DNA of 63,637 nt, counting the filler, from Babesia bigemina (lineage: Eukaryota): NCBI RefSeq assembly GCF_000981445.1. It is 6 parts of 6 records of this genome, joined end to end, with 100 filler letters (N's around TTAATTAATTAA, not from the genome) between each part and the next. Parts side by side here need not be neighbours in the genome. Positions count along the whole stretch, not along the records: positions 33,256 to 36,262 come from NW_012237135.1; positions 36,363 to 45,008 come from NW_012237136.1; positions 45,109 to 56,637 come from NW_012237137.1; 3 more parts are not named here. One strand, 5' to 3'. A program made the translations under genes and the position numbers. Positions 33,532 through 45,482 of this stretch are shown here, piece by piece. Below the pieces are notes generated by a model. It had not been told where the DNA came from. It made no database searches and worked only from the letters and a program-made list of their open reading frames with translations. Numbering within the stretch: the first letter of the stretch is position 1; each line of letters opens with the position of its first letter.

Positions 33532-36262
33532 TCACGGTTGCAGGTACGATATCTTGGCAAGCCTTCCGACTTGCGCTGCCGCCAACAATGATTGCGCCGT
33601 TATCTTGTGCGATGACGGTGATCGTAAGTGTGAGCGTATGTGGAGCACATCCAGTCTGCCAACCATCACGCAGATGAGGTAGAAGAGGGAGAGTGACCAA
33701 AGTGCTAGGACCATGTAAGTGAACGGTTCTCTGATGGTCCAAATGAAGTTGTCGCATTCTTTGAAGAGGTCTTTGAAATATTGTGAAGTTAACATTTTGT
33801 TTAACTGACTGCAGAAATCGGAACACTTCTTTTTATATTTATCATCATTCAATTTGACAGCGTCACAGAAACTGAATCCATATCGGTACAGCGTCGGTGA
33901 CACGCCCTTACAATCCACTATTGATGGACACTGGCAACGTGGGTTCCCACTTTTTTCGTCAGTACGACCATGCGATCCTTTCTTGCACGTATCGCCTCTC
34001 AAGCAGCCGCGGCAACCCCAATCGGCACAGAATATGTTGCATAAGTCGTTGTACAAATTGTTCAGCATCGCCAGAAATCCCATGAGAGGTATATGGCCCA
34101 GGTGAGGTACAGTTCACAGTGTTTGATGGCCATGTATTCATAGGAACCTGAGCATAGCGATTGAAGATAAGGAGCGCAGGCTACATCTGCAACATCGTAA
34201 CGACATATATCTGAGCTAGTGAAATTGACAAGATGAGGATGCTTGCAATATTCATGCAAAACCGCCTGTGAACCATATGCTCTCATCAACGTTTTTATTA
34301 ACTTATTGGAATCGGGATATAACATAAGAGAGACATCACGTATGCGTGATTCAAATGACGATTGAAAGCTAAATTCACTTCGTTTCTCGGGCGTCAAATT
34401 GGTAATATTAACCCATCCATTGACAAGCGACAAAGCAAATCCGAAGTGTTCTGGCAGCGTCTTCGGCGGAGTAGGTACAAGGCAGAACAATGATGCTACC
34501 AGGCCACTACCTAAGAATTCGCGAATGATCTCACATAGGTCCGCGCCACTTTTGGTTGAGCCAGAGAAACCGCGGAATCCCATGGGCGTCAGACACGGCA
34601 TACCAAGCTTCGCAGCGGAGGGACAGTTGCTGCATACCGATCTGCACCCTATGGAGCTGACATTATGCGGTAAGTGACCAGGCAGGCAGTCGTTAAGATA
34701 GCTCATCAGCGGGGAAGTTGGTTGGCACTTTGCTTCGCACGTTGGTTGCCCCGTTACCTGGCCCGTTGCACTGTTGCTGCAATGCGATTTGCTTGTCGGC
34801 ACATCCTTGCCGTACTCACAATTGCGCCAGCCGTGGTGCTCAGCGGTTACGTTGCATCTGTAGAAAATGTAGCGGAGTGCTGGCAAGCATCTCCGTAGTA
34901 CATCGAGAAGCATATCAAGACATTCCTGACCAGAACTAGGATATTTGAGACCTAAAGAGTTGTTGCAATAGTCACTGGCGTACAGCGTGTATTCGTCGCC
35001 GTGACCTGCTATGGATGCGAGAACATCATATGCTTTCGCGCAGATATGGGTGATTGCTTTCGTTACTTTGTTATACGTTATGTCACGTGGACAAGCTTGT
35101 ATGGGTACGGCACCAATGTCCGTGAGTGTCATCTCAATACCCTCTATTTCTGCGGCAACCTGCTTAGTTGAATCTTCAAAAAACTCCGACAAAGTTATGT
35201 CACGCATTGTGCCGTATACAGAAGTGTATGGAAGACCCAGTGAGCCATACAAGCATTTCATAGACGCTGCACGGCTGCCTCCTAGCTGAGGAAGTAGCAA
35301 TATGGCAGACTTCGTTGTACTGCTCAAAGTGACTGTATATACAATGAGTAGGTCGAAGATGTGGAAGTTGTTATATCTATCGTGCTTTTCGATTCACACC
35401 CCTTCAGATGCTCATTTCATCAGCCTTTTTCATTGGCCACATAATCCTCTTAAATACGTAGTCACCTATCTTATTCCTGTGGTCATGCAATTCACCGTTC
35501 TGCTGATTTTTTTCCGAAACTTTGAATCCTAGTTCGGCAAACAGTCTACCTACGTCCGTTGATTTGTTGATTTGATGTGCGCTCAAGCCCCTGCACTCAC
35601 TTCTTAATTTTAACAAATCGTGATAGAGTATGGCGAGCAGGCTCAGAAATATTTTTGCGCCATTTCGGCCTCCGACCGTTAATTCTACATCTCCGGTTTC
35701 CCTATGTGTCCACCTTTTAATTGTTTTCCCACCATCATACCTGTTTATGTACGCCTTCCCTAGTTCAGCCGCAAACTCACGCAGCCCCTCCCCAACGCCG
35801 TCAAGCAGGGGAGTGCTCGGTTCATTGAATGTCTTGGGGTGGAGACCATCGACTTTAGTGGAGAGACTGTCTAGCATGGCGGGCACTTCGTGGTTGTAGC
35901 GGTGATTACTAATGTGATCGAGTAGTTTGTTGAGTGCGGAATGTGCAGCGTCGAGTTTGGAAGTGTAGAGCTGTTCCTCTCCGGACGGCTTGGGATTAAT
36001 TTTCTCGTTATTCGCTGCGTGAACTCTTTTGGTCTCTTCTTTGAGGTAGTCGTGGAGTGGATGCCAGAACTGTTTGAATTTCTGCGACAGATTTTGGAAC
36101 GTGTCCTTATGTTTCACATGCCCTGACAGCTGACCTACGAGACCCTTGAGTCTCGCAATATTCTCGTCCGTCGTCCCACCATCATCTCCAATCGTCCCTT
36201 CCAACGTCCGCATAAAACCCTTAAAGCCGTGCCGCCTGTCGGTGTCGATGAGGGTGGCAGGG
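33532..36262 (-). pseudogene. ves1: 3' half of ves1-like gene, tail type A, with several 1-nt indels; 5' part lost in gap
   Basis: ORF pieces 35404-36213, 34062-35327 and 33532-34083 are collinear with the family; indels near 35240-35420 and 34070, several in homopolymers, so possibly sequencing error. Confidence 0.7.
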
Positions 36263-36399
36263 NNNNNNNNNNNNNNNNNNNNNNNNNNNNNNNNNNNNNN
36301 NNNNNNTTAATTAATTAANNNNNNNNNNNNNNNNNNNNNNNNNNNNNNNNNNNNNNNNNNNNCGGCAATCCTAGGGCTGAGGGACTAAGTTGATGGATT

Positions 36400-39300
36400 T
36401 GATGAGAGGAGGTCTAGCCTATGACCCTGATGGGGGCAGGTCAATAAAGAGACGCCCAGGGGGCCAATCCGGTGATTGAAAAATGAATCTGGTAGCCCAT
36501 AAAAAGTCGTCGATTCGTCCGCGTAGTGTTATGAGCACAGATCCTTCAGCAGCATTTTTTTCAACGCTTCGCAGAAATCCTAGCACGTCCTGTTAGCCCT
36601 TTCATTATTACCAGAGCCATTAAGTCCCCATGGATGTCCGAAGGTAAAACCGTATCTGTACAGGGTAGGGTGAGTGTCACGGCAAGTGACAATTGACTTA
36701 CATTCGAGCTTATGGGACTTATCTTTTAGCAATTTCATTTTCTGTTTATCATCTGAATACTTAATCTCACATTGCTCAGCACAGCTCTTCACATGGCATT
36801 TACTACCACCGGGTCCACATTTCTTGCAACAGTCATCATATAATTTCTTAAGCAGATCGCAGAATGTCTCCGTGATGTACACGATCCACGACAAATGGTT
36901 GGCCTTATGTTCGGCAGAGTAATACCTAGTAATGTCCTGTGTCATTGACTTGACATAGAGACCACATGGCGCAACTGAGCCAGACTCGCAATTTGCGATG
37001 CTGCATAAATTACCTTTCGAATGTTCATCGCCGTGTTTACTGCTGCTAACCAACGAGGTCGGATCGAGATGTCCATATTGTTCTCCGAAGTACGCATCGT
37101 TGACAGCCTGCTTAAATGCGGCTTGTGTATGCGGATTCGATTTTCCGAAGTTTCCATAGAAATCAGCTGCCCATCCTCCGAGGTAACCATAGTAAAACGC
37201 AAAGATGTCTCCCAGCGTCTGCGGAGGTTTCTGCAAAAGGCACGTCAGCTGAGCGCAAAGCTTAGTTAGTGGAGCGGAATCACTACCACAAAAGCCCTCA
37301 AGAGCTTTCTTGAGATACTCTCCCCTCTGCCTGTGAGAAGCAGTGACACTGATGTCGTTGAAGCCCATTGGCGTTCTACAAGGGATACCTCTATGGTTGG
37401 AGAGCGTACATGTCAGCTTACAACCGGGCTTAGTGAAGGAGTGTGGTAAAAAGCCGGGGAGACCATCCTCTAAAAAGGACTGAAGCGGCGATTTTATACC
37501 GCACTGAGCTGTTTGGTCACACTTTTGGTTACACCTTTGCTTGTGTATTTGGTTGCCCTTTTGGTTAGGACATTGCATAGCATTGCAGTTCCATGCTGAC
37601 CCGCCTACTTGGTTTCCGTACCAACAGTCACGCCAACTGACTGAGGGCTCCTCGTTGCTGCACTGCCCGTATAGGAAGAAAAGTTGCAGGTAAAGCCGAT
37701 TCAGCACGTCGCACAGCATATCGAAGCAAGCACCGGGGGCGGTTGGATAGGCGAAACCGTCGGGGTTAGTGTTGAAGTCAACGGCATAAATGCCGTCCGC
37801 GTGGCCGTGGCCGAGAATGGAAGTGAGCACATCTTCAGCAGCAACGCAAACCTTTTGAATGGTAGATGTCAGAGTTGACGCTGCGATGGCTTGGGGGTAA
37901 GCTGGCAAGGTGTCAGGGTCCTTAAGCAGAACAGGTAGGCCGTCTGGGTTACCTTCACCGGAATCTTCATCAGGCTTCTCAAACAGGTCACCAATGTCGC
38001 TGACTGATACTTTCGAAAACACGCGGTTGTGAGACAGTCCAGTCAACCATACGAGCATTTGATAGACAGACGATGGTGATTTTGGTCTCTCGATGTGGCG
38101 GAGGTGGCAAGCAGTGTAATACTGATGAAGGTGCCTGAATAGGCAATTCAGTATTCCAACCACACCAAATGGCGATTTTGTGGCGGCTGTCGTCACTTTT
38201 TCATCATGTTCATTTCCTTCCTCTTTACACTTCTTGAGGTGTTCATTGTCGGAGCCTCTTGGCTTATCAAGAAACTTGAAGATGTGGAAACCGATCATTC
38301 CAGGTTTGTCCTGTAACTCACCAGTCTGCTTGTCTTTTTCAGAATTCACTTCGTAACCTCGGCGAGCAAGGAAATAGCCAATTGACGTGTCTTTGTATAT
38401 TTTGTCCTGTCTCCATGTGCTACCCGAATATTTTTTCAAAGGGTTCAAGTCGTCACATAATGTGGTAAGTGACGTAAGAAACACCTTAGAGAGTTTAGTT
38501 CCATATGCCGTTATTTTGTCTTCTTTCACCATCTCACCCACTTCGACTCCCGAGTACCTGCTGACGTACTGCTTCGCGAGCTCCCCGTGGAACGCCCGGA
38601 CGCCGGCCTTGACGACGTTGAGCAGCGGGGAGGCCTCGGCGAATTTTGCGGGGGTGAGGGTGTCGAGTTGCGCGTGGAGGTCGGCGAGCTTGGTGGAGAC
38701 GGTGGCGGAGAAGTGGCGGTGTTCGTGCATTGTGGACAGGAGGGCGGAGAGGGCGGCGATGAGGGGGGTGAGACGGTCACGGTAGGAACTGACGTCTCGT
38801 TGCCAGGTAACTTCTTCTAGGAATTTAGCAAAAAATGAAGCCAATTTATCGGCGAAAATATTCATTTCGGTGTCTGACGGATATACCCTGCGTTCTTCAA
38901 ACGTCTGCTTCAACTTGCCCATCAGGCCCTTGATGCCCGTATCCATGTCGTCGACAATATTGCTCTTGATGGAGGAGAGCTGATTGGACACTGATGTGTA
39001 GACAGCACGCAACTCTGCTTTTTTTTGCTCGGCAAACATTTTCTGGACGTGCTCTTCCAAGTCGTTGAAGGCTTTATTTGTTGTCGCTTGAAGATCACTT
39101 CTGAGCAAGGACATAGTAACGTTGGCGGTACTTTGAGCATCTTGTAAAGATGTTTGTAGCTGTGATATTGCAGCATCTAAGACTGCATTGGCAGCGTTCA
39201 CAGGCTCCTCTATTGCCTTAATTTGATATTGAAGCACATCAAGCTCACCTTTTAGCTTATCCATCAGTGTATCAGCACCCTGTCGAGATTCTTCGACGAC

Positions 39301-40968
39301 GCCGGGCACTTCTTTCAGAGCCTCAAGTTGTACATTTACCGAAGAAGCGGCTTGATCAAGCGCCGTTTTGGCGCCATCAAATAGAACCATTATGGATGTC
39401 ACGTCTATCTGAGCTTCACCGTCACCTTTCATTTTAAATTGATCAGCTGCCTTTTCAACAGCCTTATCTGCCGCATCTTTTATCCTCTGTGTAACATCAC
39501 CGTGGAATTTGGTGACGGCGCTATCTAGTATCCCGACATCCACGGCACCAATAGCATCAATAAGTTCAGTGACAAGATGAGCGATGGAGCCCTTCTTGAT
39601 GTCGGTGACTGACTTAGATCCCGGACCGTAAATGGACTCTCTCAATTTGCCGTACTGATTCGCAAATATATCAATTGTCTCCTTGCACGACTCTGTATAT
39701 TGACGCTGCAAACTGTCAGACTTGGCTGTGATTGCTGCTGTCGTATTCCTAAGTGTTTCCATGTCGTTTTTAAGCTGGGTCAACGCATCGTTAACAAGCG
39801 GGTTACGATCATCACTGTATACTGTGTCGGCAAGTGCAGTAATGTCATTTTTCAGCTTTTGTAAATCCCCTTGAACGTTTACTTGCAGCTCTCGGATGCC
39901 ATTGGTGACCATTTCGAATTGCTTCAGAAGCTCAGTCGTGTTACCGGAATCTTTCTTTACGAAACGTTCAATTTCATTCCGCAGAGCAGTGAATCTTTTG
40001 GATATCTGATTCTTATAATTCGTATCGAAACCGTTTTGGGAATCACCAATCAGTTCGACAATGTGTTGATTGGCTGCCGACACAGCACTGTTGATTGACT
40101 GAATTTGACTGTTTTTTATTTTTTTAAAATTCTCAATATTTGCTGCGATCTTATCAAACTTTACATTGAGAGTGCTTTGCACGGTTTGTGTTTTAGCAGA
40201 TATACGTTTAGTGAGGGTTTGCGGAATGCTGGTTAACTTATTGTACAGCGTCTCTACAGAATTTGTCACGGATCGGTCAATAACGGATGACCAAAAATTT
40301 TGTGCCACCTGTTTTATCAAGTCTAGTTTAGGTGCCAATTTAATTTCTAAATTTTCGTCAACATTATGTAGAGCTTTTTCAGCTTCTATAATTTTTTCAA
40401 CGTAGAGACTGGAAAAGCCTTGCCAATTATGCAACTGTTCTGTAACAATGATTGCACTCATATCAATTGACATGTGATTATTGACTAAGCGTAGTAAATG
40501 TTCTAGAGGTGTAATCACACTTTGATGTTTTTCATTCACCTCTTTCAACCACCTCGCAACACCTTGACTGACAAGGGGCATATGGGTGTTGAATTTCTCT
40601 CTACCATTATATAGCGCTTGTTTAATTTTATTAAGTGTTTTAGGTAATTCAGTATTGTATTTCTTAAGATTTTCGTTGTTATTTACTTCACTAATTATTT
40701 CAAACAAAAATCCCATCACCCCGTCACACAGCCTGTCAAGGTCAGAGTAGACGATGCCCTGGCCATCGTAGCCTTTGGAAGAAGGGTGGAAGCCTAGGAA
40801 TTTTTCGAGGCCGTCACAAAGATTGTTTAGAAGGTTTTTACAATTGTCATTTTCAGTCAATCCTTCAAGACTCTTTTTAAGATTTTCAACCTGTTTCAAC
40901 TTGGAGTCAATGTCCTGCAAGGCTTTCTTAGTAGCAGCGTCAGTAAGAGAATGGTCAGTATCAACAAG
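36400..40968 (-). CDS. ves1: Large ves1-like gene, near-duplicate of 19373-24055; 3' end degraded at contig edge
   Basis: 1446-aa ORF 36580-40920, identical to the 19373 protein over the first ~1050 aa; noisy continuation 36400-36600. Confidence 0.78.
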
Positions 40969-41155
40969 TTATTATGATGGTTCAAGAAGGTCATAGCGTT
41001 AATAAGACGAAGTAATTCGAGAGATTTGGAGTTAGGCTGAACATGATGGGACTTGGCAGTGGCAAGAGGTGGAAGAAGGGAAGTGAAGGGTGACAAGGCA
41101 CAAGTTATTGCTATGGTTTATAGAGGTCATAGCGGTATTAAGGCGAGGGAATTCG

Positions 41156-41630
41156 AGCGATGTGGAGTGGATTAGGGAGCGATGTAGAGTGGATAAAGGA
41201 GCGATGTAGAGTGGGTAAAGGGGCGATGTAGAGTGGGTTAGGGAGCGATGTAGAGTGGATTAAGGGGCGATGTAGAGTGGATAAAGGAGCGATGTAGAGT
41301 GGATAATAAATGCAACTTAAGTCACCACTGTCATCGCTGCCGTAACCATGCCATCGCTGCCGTGACCATGCCATCGCTGCCGTAACCATGTCATCGCTGC
41401 CGTGACCATCACCTTGGTCAGGTGCTTGGTCATGGCATTGGTCAGCACATTGGTCAGGTGCTTGGTCATGGCATTGGTCAGCACATTGGTCAGCAGATTG
41501 GTCAACACTTTGGGCAGCACCTTGGTCAGCACATTGGTCAGCACCTTGGTCAACACTTTGGGCAGCACCTTGGTCAGCACTTTGGTCATAACATTGGTCA
41601 ACACTTTGGGCAGCATCTTGGTCACCACTT
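41156..41630 (-). repeat. Short 22-bp / 20-bp / 12-bp satellite triplet
   Basis: 22-bp ~41156-41303, 20-bp ~41325-41405, 12-bp ~41410-41630. Confidence 0.9.
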
Positions 41631-41753
41631 TAGTTAACTGTTACACAATCACATACAATGATTAATGAGTGATGCAACAGATTAAAGCACAATTCATAAG
41701 TTAGGTGAGTAGGTGATGCTAGGTGAGTGTAGGTAGTAAACACGTGAGTACGA

Positions 41754-44700
41754 TTATGGTTGCAGGTAAAACACTCTGTTAAGCTTGTTAACACGTGCAG
41801 CGGAGAGTAGTGATTGAGCAGCTATGCGATGACTCGAGGGACTATGTAGATGCGATTTGATGTGGAGCAGGTCTAGGCGGATGACCATGATGTGGAGGAG
41901 GTACAACAAAGAGAGGAGCCAGAGGGCGACATTGAGCCAGATGAAGGGGGCGCGGATTTCGAAGAGGAAGTTAGGAATTGTGACGTAGATTAGTTTAGCG
42001 AGTGGAGCTTGGTCAGCTTCTTTGTCACTCAGCACTCTCTCTAGCACGTTGCACAAATCCTTGCAGGTACGTTTTTTTTCTATGCCTTGTTCGCCGTTGA
42101 TCCTCGTCTGGTACCAGAACGTGAATCCATATCTGCACAAGGTTGGAAGTGTATGCTTGCACTGGACAATGGACGTGCATCCTTCATCATGGGTCACATT
42201 TTTCGACTCTTTTACGAGGGATGGACACCCTTTGACACAGCATTTGTTGTGGCAGTTGGATCCCTTCGGACCGCAGTTGCCGTTACATTCGTCGTATAAT
42301 TTCTTAAGCAAGTCATAGAATGTTTCAGTGAGGTAGACGATCCATGAGACATACTTATCAGCATATTCCGATGAATAAATAGTATATACGTCGGTGCTGA
42401 TGGGCTTCAAATACCGGCCGCAATTTGATCCACTATCACCGTCGCAGTTCACCAGGCTAGACAGATGCCTCCCAGCGTGGTTGCTGCTAATGTTACTGTG
42501 CGCACTGAAGACATCATCCAGTTCGAGCGTTGTACCTCGATTTTCGAAATTGGCCTTCCTGACAGCTTCGTCAAATGCCTTTCTTTTATGCGTCTCATTC
42601 TTACTCCACTCTTTCATTAGGTTGTAATAGAACGCGAACATATCACCCAGATTCTGAGGAGGACGCTGTAACAGGCAGTTGAAATAAGCGCACATCAGTG
42701 TAAGGGGAGCAGTAGAATTCCCGCAGAAATCTATTAAAACATCTCTGAGATGCGTACCCTTCTGCGTATGCGATGCCATATTACTTATATCACCGAAGCC
42801 CATGGGAGTCTTACAGGGAATAGCTTTGTGATTGGCTGCCGTGCATTCCAGTTTGCAGCCCGGCTTGGTAAATTGATGTGGTAAGAAGCCTTGTAAGCCA
42901 TCCTCCAAGAATGACTGCAAAGGTGATTTTAGGTCGCACATGGGATATTGGTCACAGTGTTGGTCACACGTTTGGTTACCCATTTGGTTGGCCGTTTGCC
43001 TAGCCGTTTGGTTGCAGTCGTGGTTAGGGCACTGCTTGGTATTGCACTTCCACGATGACCCGGCCACTCCCCTGCCATAGAGGCAGTCGCGCCATGAGCT
43101 GTACGATGATTCGAAGTAAAACTGTTGGAAGAGGAAATACAGCTGGTGTTGCACGCGATACGCAATGTCTACGAGCATATCAAAACAGTCACTCGCCTTA
43201 CTAGGATACAACAACTTTGCTTCGTTGGTTTTGAAATCGACAGCGTATCGCCCACCTGCGTGACCGTGACCCAGGATGGCAACCAAGACATCATGGGCGT
43301 GTAAACAGACATTCACAAACACTTTTCTTCCTAAGTGCGCATACGTGATTTCAGTTGTTGCTGAGAGCTTTACGCTAGCGGGTGATATAGCCTTGATATC
43401 CTTTCCTTCGTCTTCTTTACGTCTAGGAAACAGATCCTTGAAGCAAAGGAACAGGGGAATAAGACTTGGATAATATCGAACGCCGCTCAGCCATTGCAGC
43501 ATTTGATAAATATTACGCGGTGCTTTAGCTGATGGAATATGTTCCAGGTGACGGACTGTGTAATATGTGACGACGTAACCTTGCAGGAAGTCAAGAACGT
43601 CGAAGAGGTGAATGTTACCATTTGGATGCCTGTGAGGATGTTTTCTGCGTTGTTCTTCTTTCCATGTTTTTAGGAAAGTTAACATCTGGACGCCTGTAAC
43701 TTTTGCCGTTATCTTCTTATAAACTGCATCGCCGGTCATGTCACTCTTGTCTTGTAACTCGCCGTGCTGCCTACCCTTGTCGGATGTCACCGTGAAACCA
43801 CGTTTCGTAAAACATTCGCCAAATAAATTATCATCATACGTGTTAATTTGCTTACTTTTGTAGACTTGACATTCATCTTTCAACTCCACAAAATTTTTGG
43901 TCAACATCTCCACTATCGTCAGGCAGACCTTGGCGCAGTTGCGGCCCTCAGGGGTTAAATCGTAATTATCGGTTGAGGTGTCAGGAAGTTGCTTTTTGGT
44001 AGCCTTTTGGTCTGTAGATGACTGTTTCTTTTCAACCAACTCACCCATCCTCCTCCCACTATACCTGTTCACGTACGCGTGGCCGAGTTGCTGCGTGAAG
44101 GCGGAGAGGCCGGCCTTGAGGAGGGCGAGGAGGGGTGAGGGGGAGGAGAAGGAGGGAGAGAGGGAGGTAAGTTGGGAATTAAGATTATCAAGTAGTTTGA
44201 CAAAGTAATCATCAAAGTGATAGATAGTGTCATTATTAGCGATAAATCGAAGCAGGAAGTCAAGTGCATTTTTAAGGTCACCGACCTTGGTGGACTGGTC
44301 AGTGGGTTGCTTGGGAGATCCGGGAGTCATGACTTGGCCCTGGATGTACATAAGAATATCATCGGCATACGTATTAAATGCCATAGCTACCTCTGGGAAT
44401 TTCTTGAGGTCAACTGGAGTTGCCTTGCCAGGCGGAGAAGTGGGTAGGGCACTTTTCAGCTTATGTAGCAAATTATTTACATCGGGTTTAGGAGGACTTG
44501 GAGGATTCGGATACACGCCACCGTATATTTTTTGCAGCAGACCCTTAATATTATTCGCTTTATCATGATTTATGATCTTCTCAATCTCCTCCTTCTGCCC
44601 GTCGACGAGCGTCTTGAGCGCAGCCAGGTCGGCTTTGTGGCCTTCGGCGAAGAGAGAGCGGATATCAAATATTACATACTTGAGTGCTTTTTCTGTGGCC

Positions 44701-45008
44701 TCGAGGATATGTTGCTGAAGTGCGTCGGCGTATTTCGTGGTGTCCCCGAAGGCTTGATCTACGGTGTCAATGAGGGAAACTTGTACTTTTTTCACAGCTA
44801 TACCAGTCGTGTCTTCCACATCATGTGCTGCTTGTAAAACTTGAAGAACGGTATTATTTAAGGTTGCGCTGGCTTCTTCTACGTCACGCTCAATGACATT
44901 TCTGTTACCATAGAGCGTGTAAAACTGGTGCTTTATATCTGCCATGAACTTTACTACCTGCTCTTTCATTGACTCTACTCCACCGGGGACCGTCTCAAGC
45001 ATCTTTAC
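41754..45008 (-). CDS. ves1: Large ves1-like gene, tail type B, 5' part lost in gap
   Basis: 1082-aa ORF open to contig edge; KSPLQSFLEDGL, TM and VNKLNRVFYLQP tail. Confidence 0.82.
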   Translation of the reverse strand, partial: VKMLETVPGGVESMKEQVVKFMADIKHQFYTLYGNRNVIERDVEEASATLNNTVLQVLQAAHDVEDTTGIAVKKVQVSLIDTVDQAFGDTTKYADALQQHILEATEKALKYVIFDIRSLFAEGHKADLAALKTLVDGQKEEIEKIINHDKANNIKGLLQKIYGGVYPNPPSPPKPDVNNLLHKLKSALPTSPPGKATPVDLKKFPEVAMAFNTYADDILMYIQGQVMTPGSPKQPTDQSTKVGDLKNALDFLLRFIANNDTIYHFDDYFVKLLDNLNSQLTSLSPSFSSPSPLLALLKAGLSAFTQQLGHAYVNRYSGRRMGELVEKKQSSTDQKATKKQLPDTSTDNYDLTPEGRNCAKVCLTIVEMLTKNFVELKDECQVYKSKQINTYDDNLFGECFTKRGFTVTSDKGRQHGELQDKSDMTGDAVYKKITAKVTGVQMLTFLKTWKEEQRRKHPHRHPNGNIHLFDVLDFLQGYVVTYYTVRHLEHIPSAKAPRNIYQMLQWLSGVRYYPSLIPLFLCFKDLFPRRKEDEGKDIKAISPASVKLSATTEITYAHLGRKVFVNVCLHAHDVLVAILGHGHAGGRYAVDFKTNEAKLLYPSKASDCFDMLVDIAYRVQHQLYFLFQQFYFESSYSSWRDCLYGRGVAGSSWKCNTKQCPNHDCNQTARQTANQMGNQTCDQHCDQYPMCDLKSPLQSFLEDGLQGFLPHQFTKPGCKLECTAANHKAIPCKTPMGFGDISNMASHTQKGTHLRDVLIDFCGNSTAPLTLMCAYFNCLLQRPPQNLGDMFAFYYNLMKEWSKNETHKRKAFDEAVRKANFENRGTTLELDDVFSAHSNISSNHAGRHLSSLVNCDGDSGSNCGRYLKPISTDVYTIYSSEYADKYVSWIVYLTETFYDLLKKLYDECNGNCGPKGSNCHNKCCVKGCPSLVKESKNVTHDEGCTSIVQCKHTLPTLCRYGFTFWYQTRINGEQGIEKKRTCKDLCNVLERVLSDKEADQAPLAKLIYVTIPNFLFEIRAPFIWLNVALWLLSLLYLLHIMVIRLDLLHIKSHLHSPSSHRIAAQSLLSAARVNKLNRVFYLQP

Positions 45009-45108
45009 NNNNNNNNNNNNNNNNNNNNNNNNNNNNNNNNNNNNNNNNNNNNTTAATTAATTAANNNNNNNNNNNNNNNNNNNNNNNNNNNNNNNNNNNN
45101 NNNNNNNN

Positions 45109-45292
45109 ACTCTACATCGCCCCTTTACCACTCTACATCGCCCCTTAACCCACTCTACACCGCTCCCTAACCCACTCTACATCGCTCCCTAACCCACTCT
45201 ACATCGCTCCTTTATCCACTCCACATCGCCCCTAACCCACTCCACATCGCCCCTTAACCCACTCTACATCGCCCCTTAACCCACTCTACATC
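45109..45292 (+). repeat. 22-bp satellite
   Basis: CCACTCTACATCGC units at contig start. Confidence 0.9.
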
Positions 45293-45482
45293 CTTCGAAT
45301 CACTTCGCCTTAATACCCCTATGACCTCTATAAACCATCCTAATAACTTGTGCCTTGTCACCCTTCACTTCCCTTCTTCCACCGCTTGCCACTGCCTTGT
45401 CCCATCATGTTCACCCTAACTCCAAATCTCTCGAATTACTTCGTTATATTAACGCTATGACCTCTATAAATCATTAGAATAA

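Noticed and set aside
34060..35420. Programmed frameshifting in the 33.5-36.3 kb gene
   Set aside because: Several scattered 1-nt indels, some in homopolymers, on a short contig; error or decay is simpler
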